Shown: positions 48,101 through 60,100 of the stretch, one piece after another
Layout: every line of letters begins with the position of its first letter
Numbering within the stretch: the stretch's first letter is position 1
NCBI GenBank assembly: GCA_965637545.1
Contig: OZ281500.1
Span: 6,572,001-6,636,000 of the forward strand
Direction of reading: 5' to 3'
DNA length: 64,000 nucleotides
Origin: Phallusia mammillata
Taxonomy: Eukaryota
Made by a program: the position numbers and the translations under genes
Notes under the pieces: model-generated
Databases searched by the model: none
What the model saw: only the letters and a program-made list of their open reading frames with translations
What the model was told of the DNA's origin: nothing

Positions 48101-51100
48101 TACGGATTTGCAGGCCAAGTAGCGCTGGCTGATAGATTGGGTGACGCATCCCGCTCTGCACCAGATAAATGTTTGACCAATTACAATCGACCAGATGGTA
48201 TAAGGATATGTTGGATCCAAGTTGAAACTGTAAACGTACAAAACGTGCATGTTAAAAACGACTATAGAATTTCAGGTTTGAAAAGAAGTGAACAAAACTT
48301 AAGTTTGATTATATCTTTGATACGTCTATTTGTTTGTAGACTAAAGCGGAGAAAATCATTTTTAAAGTAATTTAATGTACGAGTCATATATTAAAAATAC
48401 CCATATTTATTTTTTTAAAGAATATTTTTCCAAATTTATGTGCACGTGGGCAGTGTTTTTACCTGAATACCAAGTACGAACTGAAATTATATCGCCCGTT
48501 TTGGTCGGAAATGGTTAGGTTCTTTAACATTGATTAACTATTAATATCTCCGCATCTAGGGACAATAACTAAAACTTACGTGTTTTAGATTTCGTATTCT
48601 TGCACTAGCACGCAAAAATACATTGTGCATGTTTCGGTTCAATTAAGCAAGTTTTTGCATAATAAATGATGCATTAAAGTGAATTATGGATTCAGGTGAA
48701 TATGCGATGAAGCCAATTATGCAATAAAGTTAATGATGCAGATCAGTAAACTGTGCAAATATGTGAGTTGTGTCAACTTTAAAATCAACATTTCAATCCT
48801 AATACAATTACATAGAACCCTTTTTACTGCACAAATACCTTAGGCCACTTTTGCACTGGTACGAGGTGCACATTTTTCCACCTCCTCAAATGAAGAGCTG
48901 AAAAACTGGTTTGTATTTCAAAGCATATATGAAGTTTTCATGTCGCAAGTCATTTTGACTTCTATTGGTACCGTAACTAAATTTAGTATTTATGCACGTT
49001 CTTCTACAACACGGATATGTGCTAGTTAACGGACTAGTACATTAGCTACTACATACAACCACGTTGGTTAACAGACGCATACTTAATAGCGTTATGTCTA
49101 TTTCCTCTTTCCAGTGCATCCCACACATTTGTAAATCCCCCGACATCGCTTGTGGATTTGATAAATGCGGCCACCATACCAGCCAACATTACAAAAGTCT
49201 GTAATGTGTCGGTCCACACAACTGCTTTCATTCCTCCCTGTCAAACCGAGCAAAATGAAATCATTCAACCGACCTTAAATTATGCTTTTTATGATCCTAC
49301 ACTCAAAACTTTGACGTTGTATTTATACTAAAATTACAGTTTTGTACCGTTTTACATCTAACAGAATTTTTTATCAAAGATATATTTTAATCGTCAAATT
49401 AGATTGATTGGGATTTTGGCTTCATCAAACAACCTTTAAATTCACGTTTATGACCAAAAAAATAGTGAAACATCGCCAAAAAGAGTAAAAGTTTCCCAAC
49501 AAAACCAAAGTAAATCGATTGTTTTTTCCTTACCAAGGTTGTATAGACAATACAAATCACACTGGTGAGACCAATGGTGGTCCGAAGGCTTAGTGGTGTC
49601 ACAGCGCTCAGTGCCAATGCTGGTAAATAAGTTGTCATTCCGTAGTACAAGGTCTGTGTAATAGATAAACCACAAAATCATTACATTACCCAGACTTTCA
49701 GTTTTTGTAGCACAACAGTGGTGCTCTGTTGTTTACAACGCGTGGTTTGTAACTACTACACTACATTTTTAACCAACCATAAGGACAACTTTTATATTCC
49801 GAGTCTACAAAATTAAAATTCGTTTCATACATAATTATAGATTCGGAGATGTTATAAATGTTTGTGAAAATATCTTACCAAGTAAAGAATTGATCCACCA
49901 GAAACCAATAACCGTAAGTTGCGATGAAAACGAATCTCCAATAACTATATGTAAACAACGATGAAAAAACATTTTATTTAAGTGTTTAAAGAGTTTAAGC
50001 AAAATATTGGGTTGATGACCATATTTTTTTCTACTTTTGTGCATTACTACAACTTTTTTACAAGTGGATATTACTCTATGTCTAGTCAATTGTAACAAAA
50101 CGTAAATATCTTTTGACACCAATTTATTATTTAGGATAATACCTCGTAAATGGACTTTGGTTTCAATCTGTGGATGAGCGGTATGTAATACACACAAGCG
50201 ACAATGCAAGGAATGATGTTTGAAACCGAGTACCAGAGGATGATCGTACCGTAACCGTATGACTCAGTTGGAAAACCGATCACTGTGATAGCTGATATAA
50301 ACGTGACGGCAATTGACATTCCCACCGGAAACTTTAAAGATACTTTTGTAAGCAGTGTTTTTGCATATGTTAAGCTTTTTGTTCAGTTTGTGTTACACGA
50401 TTTGCGATTCATGTCTTATTGCAAACCTAAAACCAAATTAACAAAAGAAAACATTTTGCACAATGTTTCTGACACTATTTACACCGTTTAGGTTAATTAT
50501 AAAATTAACAACATTATTGACATCTTTTTACCGGTGACATTTTTCTGCCTCCAAAATAATAGTTGTCTGTGTTTTCCTTTTTGCGATCAGCGATTGCGTA
50601 ATAAAGTCCCACCATGAGTGGCCCGAGCAGCAGTCCTTAAAAACAAGAAATAAAGTACCCAAAGGTATTAGGGCCATGATAAAAGAAAACGTTGTAGTTG
50701 CTATTAACGTATTCGCAATCATTTACAATGTTTTGGACATGTTTGTTCTGTATAATACTTGCTGCAACCAATTCATTGTTCAAATCTGCTCGTTTAGGAC
50801 TTTTTTTTATAAATTCCGAACAAATGGTAATAAAAATATATAATAATTGTTGTTGTAATGAAACTTGTAAAAGGCTATTTCAGTTAGCGGGACATTATAA
50901 ATTATAAGGAACTATAAAAATAATTAGTTCAGGCAAAATTTTATACGGTTATGTTTGAGAGGTGAAGGTTGTAGCCTAATAGTAGGTTGGGTTATTACAA
51001 TTTTTATACGTCAACATATGTTCTGTTGGATACGGTTATTTGTTTCCCCAACAGCTGTTGACAAACAGCTTTACTTAGTAACAGCAAAACATGTTTTGTA

Positions 51101-51373
51101 TTATTGTAGGCAACTGCGCCAAGCAAAGTGTTATGCAATGTGGTGAGAAACGACGTGAAGCGTTTGTGTGCCTGAAGACATGCCACCATTACAGTGCGGT
51201 TAAGTAAGTCATGGCCTAACCGCAAACCCACGTGGATTACGAGCAGCGTTTTGAGTTGCAGTGGTGGTCTCAAGAACAGTATTTATTAGCTGCAGACATT
51301 TATTAGGTTTCCTACCTGTAAACACAACCAAGTCAACATTTCCAAAATAATTCACTTGCCCTGGGCGTTCCAT
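45132..51373 (-). CDS. SLC5 family sodium:solute symporter (SLC5A8/SLC5A12/SLC5A5-like), copy 2, 13 exons, about 606 aa
   Basis: Exons 51373-51316, 50635-50532, 50331-50143, 49944-49879, 49653-49534, 49237-49083, 48227-48087, 47648-47430, 47178-47066, 46310-46153, 45773-45559, 45476-45373, 45310-45132; all GT-AG and in phase. SSS-family motifs: YYFGGRKM, GMSIAVTFISAITVIGFPTE, YLPALALSAVT, GGMKAVVWTDTLQ, QRYLACKS, PDQLLPYMV, GLFVSAAFSGAMSTISSGIN, GGPILG. Orthology to one vertebrate gene cannot be assigned without a tree. Confidence 0.9.
46380..46545. mobile_element. Degenerate repeat/MITE remnant (TTCGGG/GGGCC-rich) in intron 9, shared with copy 3 (about 58550-58750)
   Basis: Similar sequence at the same intron position in copies 2 and 3 but not copy 1. 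A compositionally similar element with imperfect TIRs (CAGTGTTGTAAGC / GCTTCCAACTCTG) lies at 35052-35254 in a GluA intron, without a clear TSD. Confidence 0.45.
47702..48044. mobile_element. hAT-type MITE (343 bp) in intron 7 of SLC5 copy 2
   Basis: Perfect 14-bp TIR CAGTGGTTCCCAAC / GTTGGGAACCACTG. Perfect 8-bp TSD ATTTAAAC at 47694-47701 and 48045-48052. Internal GGGGGCCA repeats. Absent from the same intron in copies 1 and 3. Confidence 0.92.
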
Positions 51374-52796
51374 TCTTGCGGTGAAAGTTGTAAGATTCTC
51401 AAAAAAAGCGTTCCGAGTTGTTGCCGAATGATGTTAACAAAAAAATATGTCAAGAAATGCCTAAAACAACAACAAGATGTTTAATTGTTTCTGCAAAACA
51501 GTTGTTCCTGTAAAACATGTCGCAAGTTAAAAAACAAAACAAAAACCTAACTGGACCTGCAAATAACCAAACTAAAATCAGGGCGCTATGGGTTTCAAAT
51601 TCTTTGTCAGCTACAACAAGATGTTAAAAACACGCCTTCCTTGACCCACTTTTATGTGCAGTGTCGGTCATCAATGGTCAAACAAAAAGTCTCAACTGGC
51701 CTCTTTTACAAATGTCTTTTGGCCTAGTTGCTAAAAAAACAATAGTTTTCAGTGTTGCACTGGCTGACAGCGCACACTACACACTGTATATACCACTGCT
51801 GTAAGTAATACTTATCATTATTTTCTGCTTTTAACTATTCAGTTGGTTTTTCGTACTTCAGTTTGAACGCTATAGAACCTCGCGGCGTAGCATTTCAGCC
51901 CGTTGCCTTGATTATGTCACCGGCTTTTCCTTCGGCACTTAAGAGCAATTAATGAACCGTTTTAATCGGTCAACTCTTGAACTGATCCCAAGGCAACTTC
52001 GTCCAAACTTCCTGACTTTCGCGTCGCCAAGTCATTACTTTGGTGCAACTGCGCACAATTTTGTTTGTAGCTGTAAAAACAGTAAGTCCAGCGCGAGGTC
52101 TATATATAGGTTTTGTTTTAACCTCAAAATGTATTGACAAATAACGCAAAACCTTTTCAAAAACCATATGTTTATGCTCTAGGCTACCTACCTTATACCT
52201 AAAGAGACTCAATACTTTTCGCTAAAAGCAGATAAACGAATGGTGACTTCGCTACTGACTACAACATTTATACACGCGTCCACACCGCGTCAAAGCCAAA
52301 AGATATCTGCCATGTAGAAATTCCACGCAGGGGAATGAGCCAATTACAGAGCGTCACACACCCAAGCAATCAATGAGGCAGGAATGCGCTTAACTATGCC
52401 GGTGGAAAAACGTAATAAAGTGGAAAAGATGGTGGTATATTGCATTTAACAAGGAAGGAATACTCATGGACAATAACGGAACAACGAAATAACTAAAAAA
52501 TATGCGTTTGCCTAAACAAACTACACACACTAAGAAACTAACGTATTTAAAGGATCAAAACAAACAAAAAAACACAAAAACGTGGGCATTTAATCTGTGT
52601 GATTCAATAAACCACTTCTGTGAACCGGATTACGTTACAGTTTTACCGTAGGGGAGCTTTTACACCACAATCATCGTGAATGAAGTTATCGCGCGCTACC
52701 ACAAATAAAAACAGTGCTTTCGGAAAAAAAGATGCCAAGTGGAACTTTTAATGTACAACCACGTATCGGCGGAGTAATAAACTCCGTAGTGATGCG

Positions 52797-53662
52797 CAGT
52801 GGCGTAGCAGCCACTTGGCGGTTCTGTCTCTGAGCCAGGGGCGGCAGGCTGCAAGGGGGCGGACGATGCATGTTTCAAGCTTTGGACAGATTTAAACTTA
52901 AAGCTGAAACTAGGTTTACCGGCATACACCACTTGAATGATATGTTTTGATTTTTAAATCCTCACGCGCTGCTGCAAAGCGAAAGTCACAATGGATTCAC
53001 CAACGCTTTTAAAAGCACTTATGACGACCAGGTGGACTTTTTGGAGTTGGCTGTGGAAATTGACAGATTTAAGAGGCTGGTGCGAAGCAGTGAAACCACG
53101 TTTGATCGTAATGCAACAGCGTTTGATGTTTTATAGTGGTTAGCTAAATCACACCTATAACTTGATTCGACACGGTATTTATGCTTGTGTCTGAAACTTT
53201 ATCTTACCATTGGTGTTTCAATTGCGAGCTGTGAGAGGAGTTTCTCAAAGCTCAAAATGATAAAGTCGTATTTACGTTCTACCATGAATGATGATCGGCT
53301 ATCAGCTCTATCGATTCTTTCTATAGAAAGAGACTACGTTCAAAAGCTTGATTTCGAAGATATTATCGCTGATTTTGCTTCGGCGAAAGCTCGAAAAGTT
53401 CAATTTTGAGGCGGTTATTGATCTTTTATTTGCCTACACATTTGTTTTCCACTTTTTGTCTTTTATTTTTGGCCTTAACGCTGAGACAGTGAGGCTTCTT
53501 TCTCGAGCAATATAGAACTTCTGAGACGCGGCACATTATTTGTAATTATTTTTATTGCAAAGATTGCTTGAACATGAAACTATTTCAAAATGTGCTGCAG
53601 TCTACTTAGGGCGGGATTTTCAACGAAAGCCAGGGGCGGCAGCATGTGCTCCTACGCCACTG
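52797..53662 (+). mobile_element. Non-autonomous, internally deleted hAT DNA transposon (866 bp)
   Basis: TIRs CAGTGGCGTAGCAGC / GCTCCTACGCCACTG (14/15 match). Perfect 8-bp TSD GTGATGCG at 52789-52796 and 53663-53670. Subterminal motif GCCAGGGGCGGCAG at 52834 and 53629. Carries a transposase C-terminal remnant. Confidence 0.92.
52991..53409 (+). pseudogene. hAT transposase C-terminal dimerisation-domain remnant
   Basis: LYLTIGVSIASCERSFSKLKMIKSYLRSTMNDDRLSALSILSIE matches the hAT dimerisation motif. The same frame upstream has in-frame TAG (about 53135) and TAA (about 53158). There is no room for the catalytic core. Confidence 0.88.
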
Positions 53663-55178
53663 GTGATGCGGCGGTTTGATGAATTTACTAAAAGGAATAC
53701 CCGGTACCGCACATCCTGCACTGCAACATAATGGTAAACCATTGGCAGAGAAAATTCAAAACAAATACGTGGGCATGACAGCAGCACGCCGTTGCATCCC
53801 AAAATTGTCATGCAGAGGAAACATAATAACATTGGGTAAATTCTATGGTGGGCGCAAAATTTGCTAAATTTCCTGTTTACTGTCAACGACACATCCTCTT
53901 TAAACCCCCTTTAATGTTTCAATACAAACGCAATTTGACTTCATCGGCAACTTGGTTAGCTGAAATGCGTTGTATTGTAGTAGGTTTAACTGATTATTGC
54001 CAATTTTGAGTATTTGTCAACAGAATAGTCGTTTTATACATTGACACTTGACCGACATTGCTTTAACCCAGAAGAACCTGATTGGTTAAACAAAACTAAC
54101 GTCACCTTATAGCAGAAAATTAATAAAAACTGATCTGACAAACTTGCAATACAACAGGCAGCTTCGCTAGGTGACTTGAAATACTTTGTTCAGACAGCTG
54201 GAAGCTAAAAACGCCAATTGTGGCTATTAGGTTAAAATTCATCGTGTATTGCAACGAAGGAAATTGGTTTAGCTCGTTATTAAAAATGTATTTTCGTAAT
54301 GTAGCCCTAAGCTGCTGTTATCTCTTTTCGTTTTAAGAATAAGCAATGTTGCTTTAGTATATGTCCTGTTGGTTGCTTTCTGATGCCTCAGCAGTGCGTT
54401 AGACCATGTTGTCAATCATTTATGTAAACTATGTTAGGGGATAAGCGCTATAAGTTATTCGGATTGGAAAAGTAGCAAGGCGTCGAGACCAGTCTCCCGT
54501 CCATCAATCAAGCTTAGCCTGTTCGAGCCACAGAAACTCTTATCGTCTAGCAATGCAAGTGAACCCAATGTAGATAATATACTCCGTTTATCACAAAGTG
54601 CTAAAATATAGTGAGGTAAAGCAAGTTGGCAAAAGTTCCCATTTCTATGCGCTTGTCTTATAAGTTAACTCGATAAATCCCTGGTAAAAAAATCCAGATA
54701 ACTAAGATGAAGGAATCCTATGAAGTTCAAGTTCTACCAAGCAGTGATTAAACCGTTTTTTTCGACAGAATCCAGGACACTCCAGAGCATTACTACCGAC
54801 TAGTTTTTGAGTTTGTGACCGTTCGGCCAAGCAGAGGGTTTATGTAGTACCCATGAGCGACAATTAGTGGCCATTGGGGCAGGTCAAACCCATAGTAGTA
54901 TATAAAAACATAAAGTGTAAACAGGTAACCAAAGAAACAGTGCGATAATGGGTCATTTGCCATCCATCTCCTGAAACAAAACAAACGGGCAACTAATTCT
55001 GCCGATCATAGCATCTAGAAAAGTAGATGGTTTAACGGTCATAACGTTAACCGAGCTAATATGCTAACACAATGCTTTTCTAATTCATATGAAAAACAAA
55101 AGGTCATACTTCAACACTTCTTTTTAGAATAAGCTTAAAATTTATTTTTAAAATTTATTTAATTGACGGATATACACC

Positions 55179-55783
55179 ATGAACGAAATTGCTTCGACAC
55201 CGAAAGGGTTTGGGACAGTTGATATGATTGTATTCATAGGTAAGTTTGAAAAATTGTTGTGTCATTAGGTTTAATTTATATTTGGATATAACATTGCATG
55301 GAACAATAACATCATGCTCCATGCAAACGCTTGATTTTGGTGCTTATCTTAAAATTCTGTTAAACTTAATTAAAGGTTTCCGCTATTTTACTCAAAATAG
55401 TGTTAATAGAATTAATTGTTTTTTGAAGGAACCTTATCCATTTCCCTGCTTGTTGGAGTGTACTACGCCTTCAAAGATCGAAGCAAAAAAAAACAGATAA
55501 CTACTACTTCGGAGAAAGATCTATGTCACCGGTAAACCAAGTCGTTTTTAAATAAAACTAAACATTTTCTAAATATTATGTGCACTGTTTCAAGATTCCA
55601 GTTGGATTATCCATGTCGGTCACGTACATTTCTGCATTGACGGTAATCGGTTTCCCTACTGAAACTTACGGCTATGGCACTGTACTCCTCTGGTATAGTT
55701 TGACCTGGGTGATCATGAACGCGGTCCTTTTCTTTTGCTACATTCCATTCATCCGAAGACTTAAAGTCGCCTCCATTTACGAG
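55179..55783 (+). pseudogene. Divergent SLC5 5' fragment A (exons 1-3), opposite strand to the intact copies
   Basis: Exon 1 55179-55239 (MNEIASTPKGFGTVDMIVFIG, donor gtaag). Exon 2 55429-55531 (103 nt versus 104 expected; -1 in the A9 run at 55485-55493). Exon 3 55595-55783 (IPVGLSMSVTYISALTVIGFPTETYGYG...SIYE). No exon 4 or later is visible downstream on this strand. Confidence 0.8.
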
Positions 55784-56572
55784 GTGATTTTACACTGCTA
55801 TGCTTGTACTAAGTTTGAAAGTGACAGCAAATGTAGCTTTGCACAGTAATTGTACGTGGAATTACACAAAAAAATAGCACATAAAGTACCAAGATGTAAT
55901 TCTTTCAACGTTTTTTTGCAATGATATTACCACGATGAAATTGTACAAAAAAATTACCAAGATATAATTATGGATACAAATGTCGTTTATACTACCATAA
56001 AATGACCCTATACCGCACAAAAAACTGCTGTTTTTGCAACATATGCATTGCTGAGATGAAAAGTTATCAGTACTGTACCACAACAAATTAATGCAAAAAA
56101 TAGTGCGATTAAATTAATACACACACATTGCTGTGATAAAATTGCCACAATGAAATTACTCTGATGCAGAAAAATAAACACGACGAAATTGCATTCGTCA
56201 GAACTTCCTTATCATGCTCATTGTTTCGGCTTACCAACCTTTCGGCTTACCAACGGGGAACACAAAAGCAACTGAAAAGGTTTTTGTTGCAGTTCCTGTG
56301 CCTTAAGGCCGGATTAAACGAAAATTTGGATCAGGAAAACCACCTCTAATGGTAACGGATCGCTTTAAGGACCAAGCAAACATCGTAAAAACTGGACGTT
56401 TGCTGCTTGTTTGCTGACCTCGTTGCAAAATGATCTCACCCTTTTCATTCCGCTAAACTTATGCATCGCGAACAGTAGCTGGCTGAAACACAGTGTTTTT
56501 GCTCTCGCTAACATTGTGTTTAAAGTGAAACTATTCGCAGTTTTTTCTGCAAAATTAAATCAAAAATCAAGT

Positions 56573-56832
56573 ATGGACGAAGTTGCTTTGATCCCTAAGA
56601 GTTTTGGAACAGTAGATTTGGTTGTTTTTGTTGGTTAGTAGACAAAATGTTTCTAACTTTTGTTATAAAATCTTATCGCTCTCTTCCGAAAAAGTGTACA
56701 AAACGAACCTTTATTTGTTATTTAAAAGGAATCTTATGCGTTTCACTGCTTGTGGGGGAGTACTACGCTTTCAAAGATCGAAGCAAACAAACAACTGATA
56801 ATTACTACTTTAGAGAAAGATCTATGTCACCG
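56573..56832 (+). pseudogene. Divergent SLC5 5' fragment B (exons 1-2)
   Basis: Exon 1 56573-56633 (MDEVALIPKSFGTVDLVVFVG). Exon 2 56729-56832 (ILCVSLLVGEYYAFKDRSKQTTDNYYFRERSMSP, donor gt). Eight bases later the sequence becomes the 3' flank of copy 3. The conserved FGG is replaced by FRE. Confidence 0.8.
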
Positions 56833-57105
56833 GTAAAACCGTTACCACATCTCTTAGCTTTGCAGAAAATGTCAGCACATGTATTGTGGTTCTCACAGAC
56901 AAGAGGATGGCATACACTATCCACAACCACTTAATCCTACAACACATGAAAAAAATAAATTGGTGTAATTTGTCAAGCCGTACGCTTTAAATGTCGCATC
57001 TAATCAAGATAATAAGGTCCCAATCTGCAACTGCTTTCAGTGCAATTTCATATTATAGATGTAGCAATACTGCAGTTTGAAATGAAAAGACATCGATTAT
57101 GTTTG

Positions 57106-60100
57106 CTAATTGGCAAGTTGTGCATCTGAAACTTGCAAAGGTTTCAACTCTGTTTTTCCGGCATTCTGTTCGCCACGTAGTGGAACACCAAAGCGAAAAA
57201 ACTCGCGAATTTTTGGAGGAAGGCAGTTGTTGTCAACAAACGGCAGAAATAAATCTGGATTCATTGCTGAAGGCTTGTTGGCTCCTGTACAACATTTAAA
57301 TAAGTCATCGAAATTCGTAACGGCGGAAATGCAGACGGATTTTACCTGTAGCAAATGAAACTAGCAATCCAACCACCAAGGTTACTAAAAACGAAATGAC
57401 CCCATAGTAGAAGTAAGATACAGCAAAAAGAGTATTCTGCAGCGTTGATCTAAAAGGAATTTGTTTCTTTAAAAAAAAGTACACAAGCAAACACAAACCA
57501 AGCCATAAAATTATTGATTTATTTAAACCTTTCAGGTGTAATCATTATAGAAGTCGTTGAAACAAAAGATTGATTAGTGGTTTCTGGTAACCAAGTCGCA
57601 TTTGACAACAACGCTTCAGTCTGACACTGATCGGTATATGTCGCTATAAAGGCGTATTTCTCAGGTGGTTTCCCGTATATCAGAGCACCGGCTGAAATCC
57701 AACAAGTGAACACCGTTGCTACAACCTGGGCAACTGCCGCTCCCTGAAAAACAAATGTTTTACCCTTTGTTGAATATCGTATAAATAAAATAGTTGTGGA
57801 ATTTTTGCACGATCCATACAAAACTAAGACTACTAAACGGTTTATTGTAATATTTACATGACTAATAATGTGATTACCCCAAGCGTGGGAAGAAGAGAAA
57901 GTCAAAAAAGTATATTTTTAGAAAATATCAAACATTAACTCAAACTAAATGTAAAAAACATATTTTGTTTCCGAATATGGTAGATGTTGTATTAAATACA
58001 GGAAAATTCAGCATGTACGAAATAATAAAAAAAACATGTTTTTAGCGCCGAAGTAATAAACTATTTTTAAAACCCGACAAACGTACGATGTCCTAATATT
58101 ACAATCCATTTATACAGCGACGTTCGTATGAAGTCCATTACAACGAATTTGCAAACGTTTTTCACTAACAAACAATCTGATGTATTGTATAAAATAAACA
58201 GCTCGTAGATTCGCAATAGACACAGCGGTAGGGGAGCCCTACCTCCCATGTTCAAACACGGTTGTTAGAAAAAAACGAATACATTATACATTCAATTTGC
58301 AACCGCGCCGAGTCAACGAATATTCACAACTTACAATGGTTGTGCACCAAGGAATAAACACGGCAAGTGTGAAGACTCCCAATATTGGGCCACCGATGGA
58401 GCCAGTTATGATGAGACCAAGCTGGTTGACAGTGGTGTTGATAAATTCAATAGAAAATGCGTACGACATCACCAGAACTCCGCAAACGAAGACTAAAAAG
58501 GTAGCTTATGTTTGTAACAGATTATTAATAGCCTATAACAGAAGCGTTTTTAGGGGTATCGGTCCCAGAGGGTTAAACCGGCGATTCAGGCCCAGACTTA
58601 ATTTTTAACAAAATGCGCCTAATTCAAACCCGACGTTACGTTATAGGTTACATGTGTAAGGTCATTTTAGCTTGTTAAATTTATGAACTATTTTGAAATT
58701 TCGAGTTGGGGTTGTATACTTTTGGGTTCGGGTCCCAATTTAAGGTCAACTCTAAATAGTTCTATTGATGGCTACCAATAAGACGCCTTTATTTCAAAAA
58801 GAATTTAAATGAATGTAGAACTTATAATTAGTTTGATGTTAAAAAGTTCAAATCTTACTTTACTTTACAAAATTGCACGGAATTCTGAAACATGGGCATA
58901 AATCTTAAGAGGCTGCAGGCTAAATCTTAAGAGGCTGCAGGCTAAATCTTTACCACAGCGCGGTGTAGTAAAAAGGTACTCGTTAGGACTTGTATAATTT
59001 TAGATAATGACTTATATAATGTAATATTATCACTTAATGTAACGCTAAAGTTACCCTGATATGAAAGCTGCTTAGGAAATGTATCTTGCTCCAAAATACT
59101 ATGCAGACAAGATGAAGTTTAGATGTTATTACAATAGCAGATGTTGGCAATGAACAAATATTTCAGTCGTGATACAATCTTAACTTTATCGTTTTCAAAA
59201 TGCTTCGAAAACTCACAAGGCACAAATCAAAAAGAAATATTGTGTATAATCAGTTGGCTAAAACACTTAAAGTTAGAAACTAACGAAACCAACCTGAGAT
59301 TTTGCTGATACGTAACTTGGTGCGTTCACTGAGGTTAGGTTTCCATGGAAGAATAAAGTCTTCCAAAATAAGCGCCCCGTTTGCATTGATTCCAGACGAT
59401 ATTGTGCTGTGGAAATTAGATTAAAATATAAGAAAGTTGTAAAAACACAAACCACTTTGATTTTTTAGGGAAAACATATTAAGACAAAAATTAAGGAAAA
59501 CATCTTAAGACCAGACATTAAAATTTCGCTAAACGCTACGTCAACACTAAGCGGTGTTTGGGTCGAGGCGATGTTTGCAAAAAAACAGATTGCACTTTTG
59601 TTAAACAACTGAAGCAATTCAGTTTGAGTATTTTTATGTCAAAAAAGACCTTTTTTTGTGCAGTGCCTGGTTTCCAATACAGTAATTCACCTCATAGCTC
59701 CACTGAACACCGCTGATACAAAGAGACCTGCCATACCAGGAACTTTCTTAAAAATCTTTACCACCATATATGGCAGAAGTTGGTCGGGTTTTTCAATTTC
59801 TCCAGTTTTTAGTGGATCACAGCCTTCAAAGTACGCGTACATCACACATCCAATCATTGCAGAAAGCGTGAAAAAGATAACAGAGGGAACAATGGACAAC
59901 ACGGCAGCTCTACAACATGATTTTACGTTTATTCAATGTTTAGAATACAACTGTTTGACGATTGACCGCACATGCGAGCGTGTTTTACGGATTTGCAGGC
60001 CAAGTAGCGCTGGCTGATAGATTGGGTGACACATCCCGCACTGCACCAGATAAATGTTTGACCAATTACAATCGACCAGATGGTGTAAGGATATGTTGGA

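Larger units (their letters stand above)
44863..52098. repeat. Segmental duplication unit (SLC5 copy 2 with 3' flank and upstream region), paralogous to 56841-64000
   Basis: Continuous similarity from the 3' flank (gttac...tttgcag at 44863 and 56841) through introns and exons to the upstream region (agtaagtc.agcgcga at 52081 and 63983). The partner unit runs off the window end. Confidence 0.9.

Noticed and set aside
54793-54984. Possible further SLC5 remnant (YTTMG or YYYG-like words)
   Set aside because: Only 4-5 residue matches, in different frames, with no collinear exon structure.
42300-60017. Plus-strand ORFs opposite SLC5 and GluA exons (e.g. 42300-42632, 47400-47699, 59658-60017)
   Set aside because: Antisense shadows of real coding exons; they recur only because the exons are duplicated.
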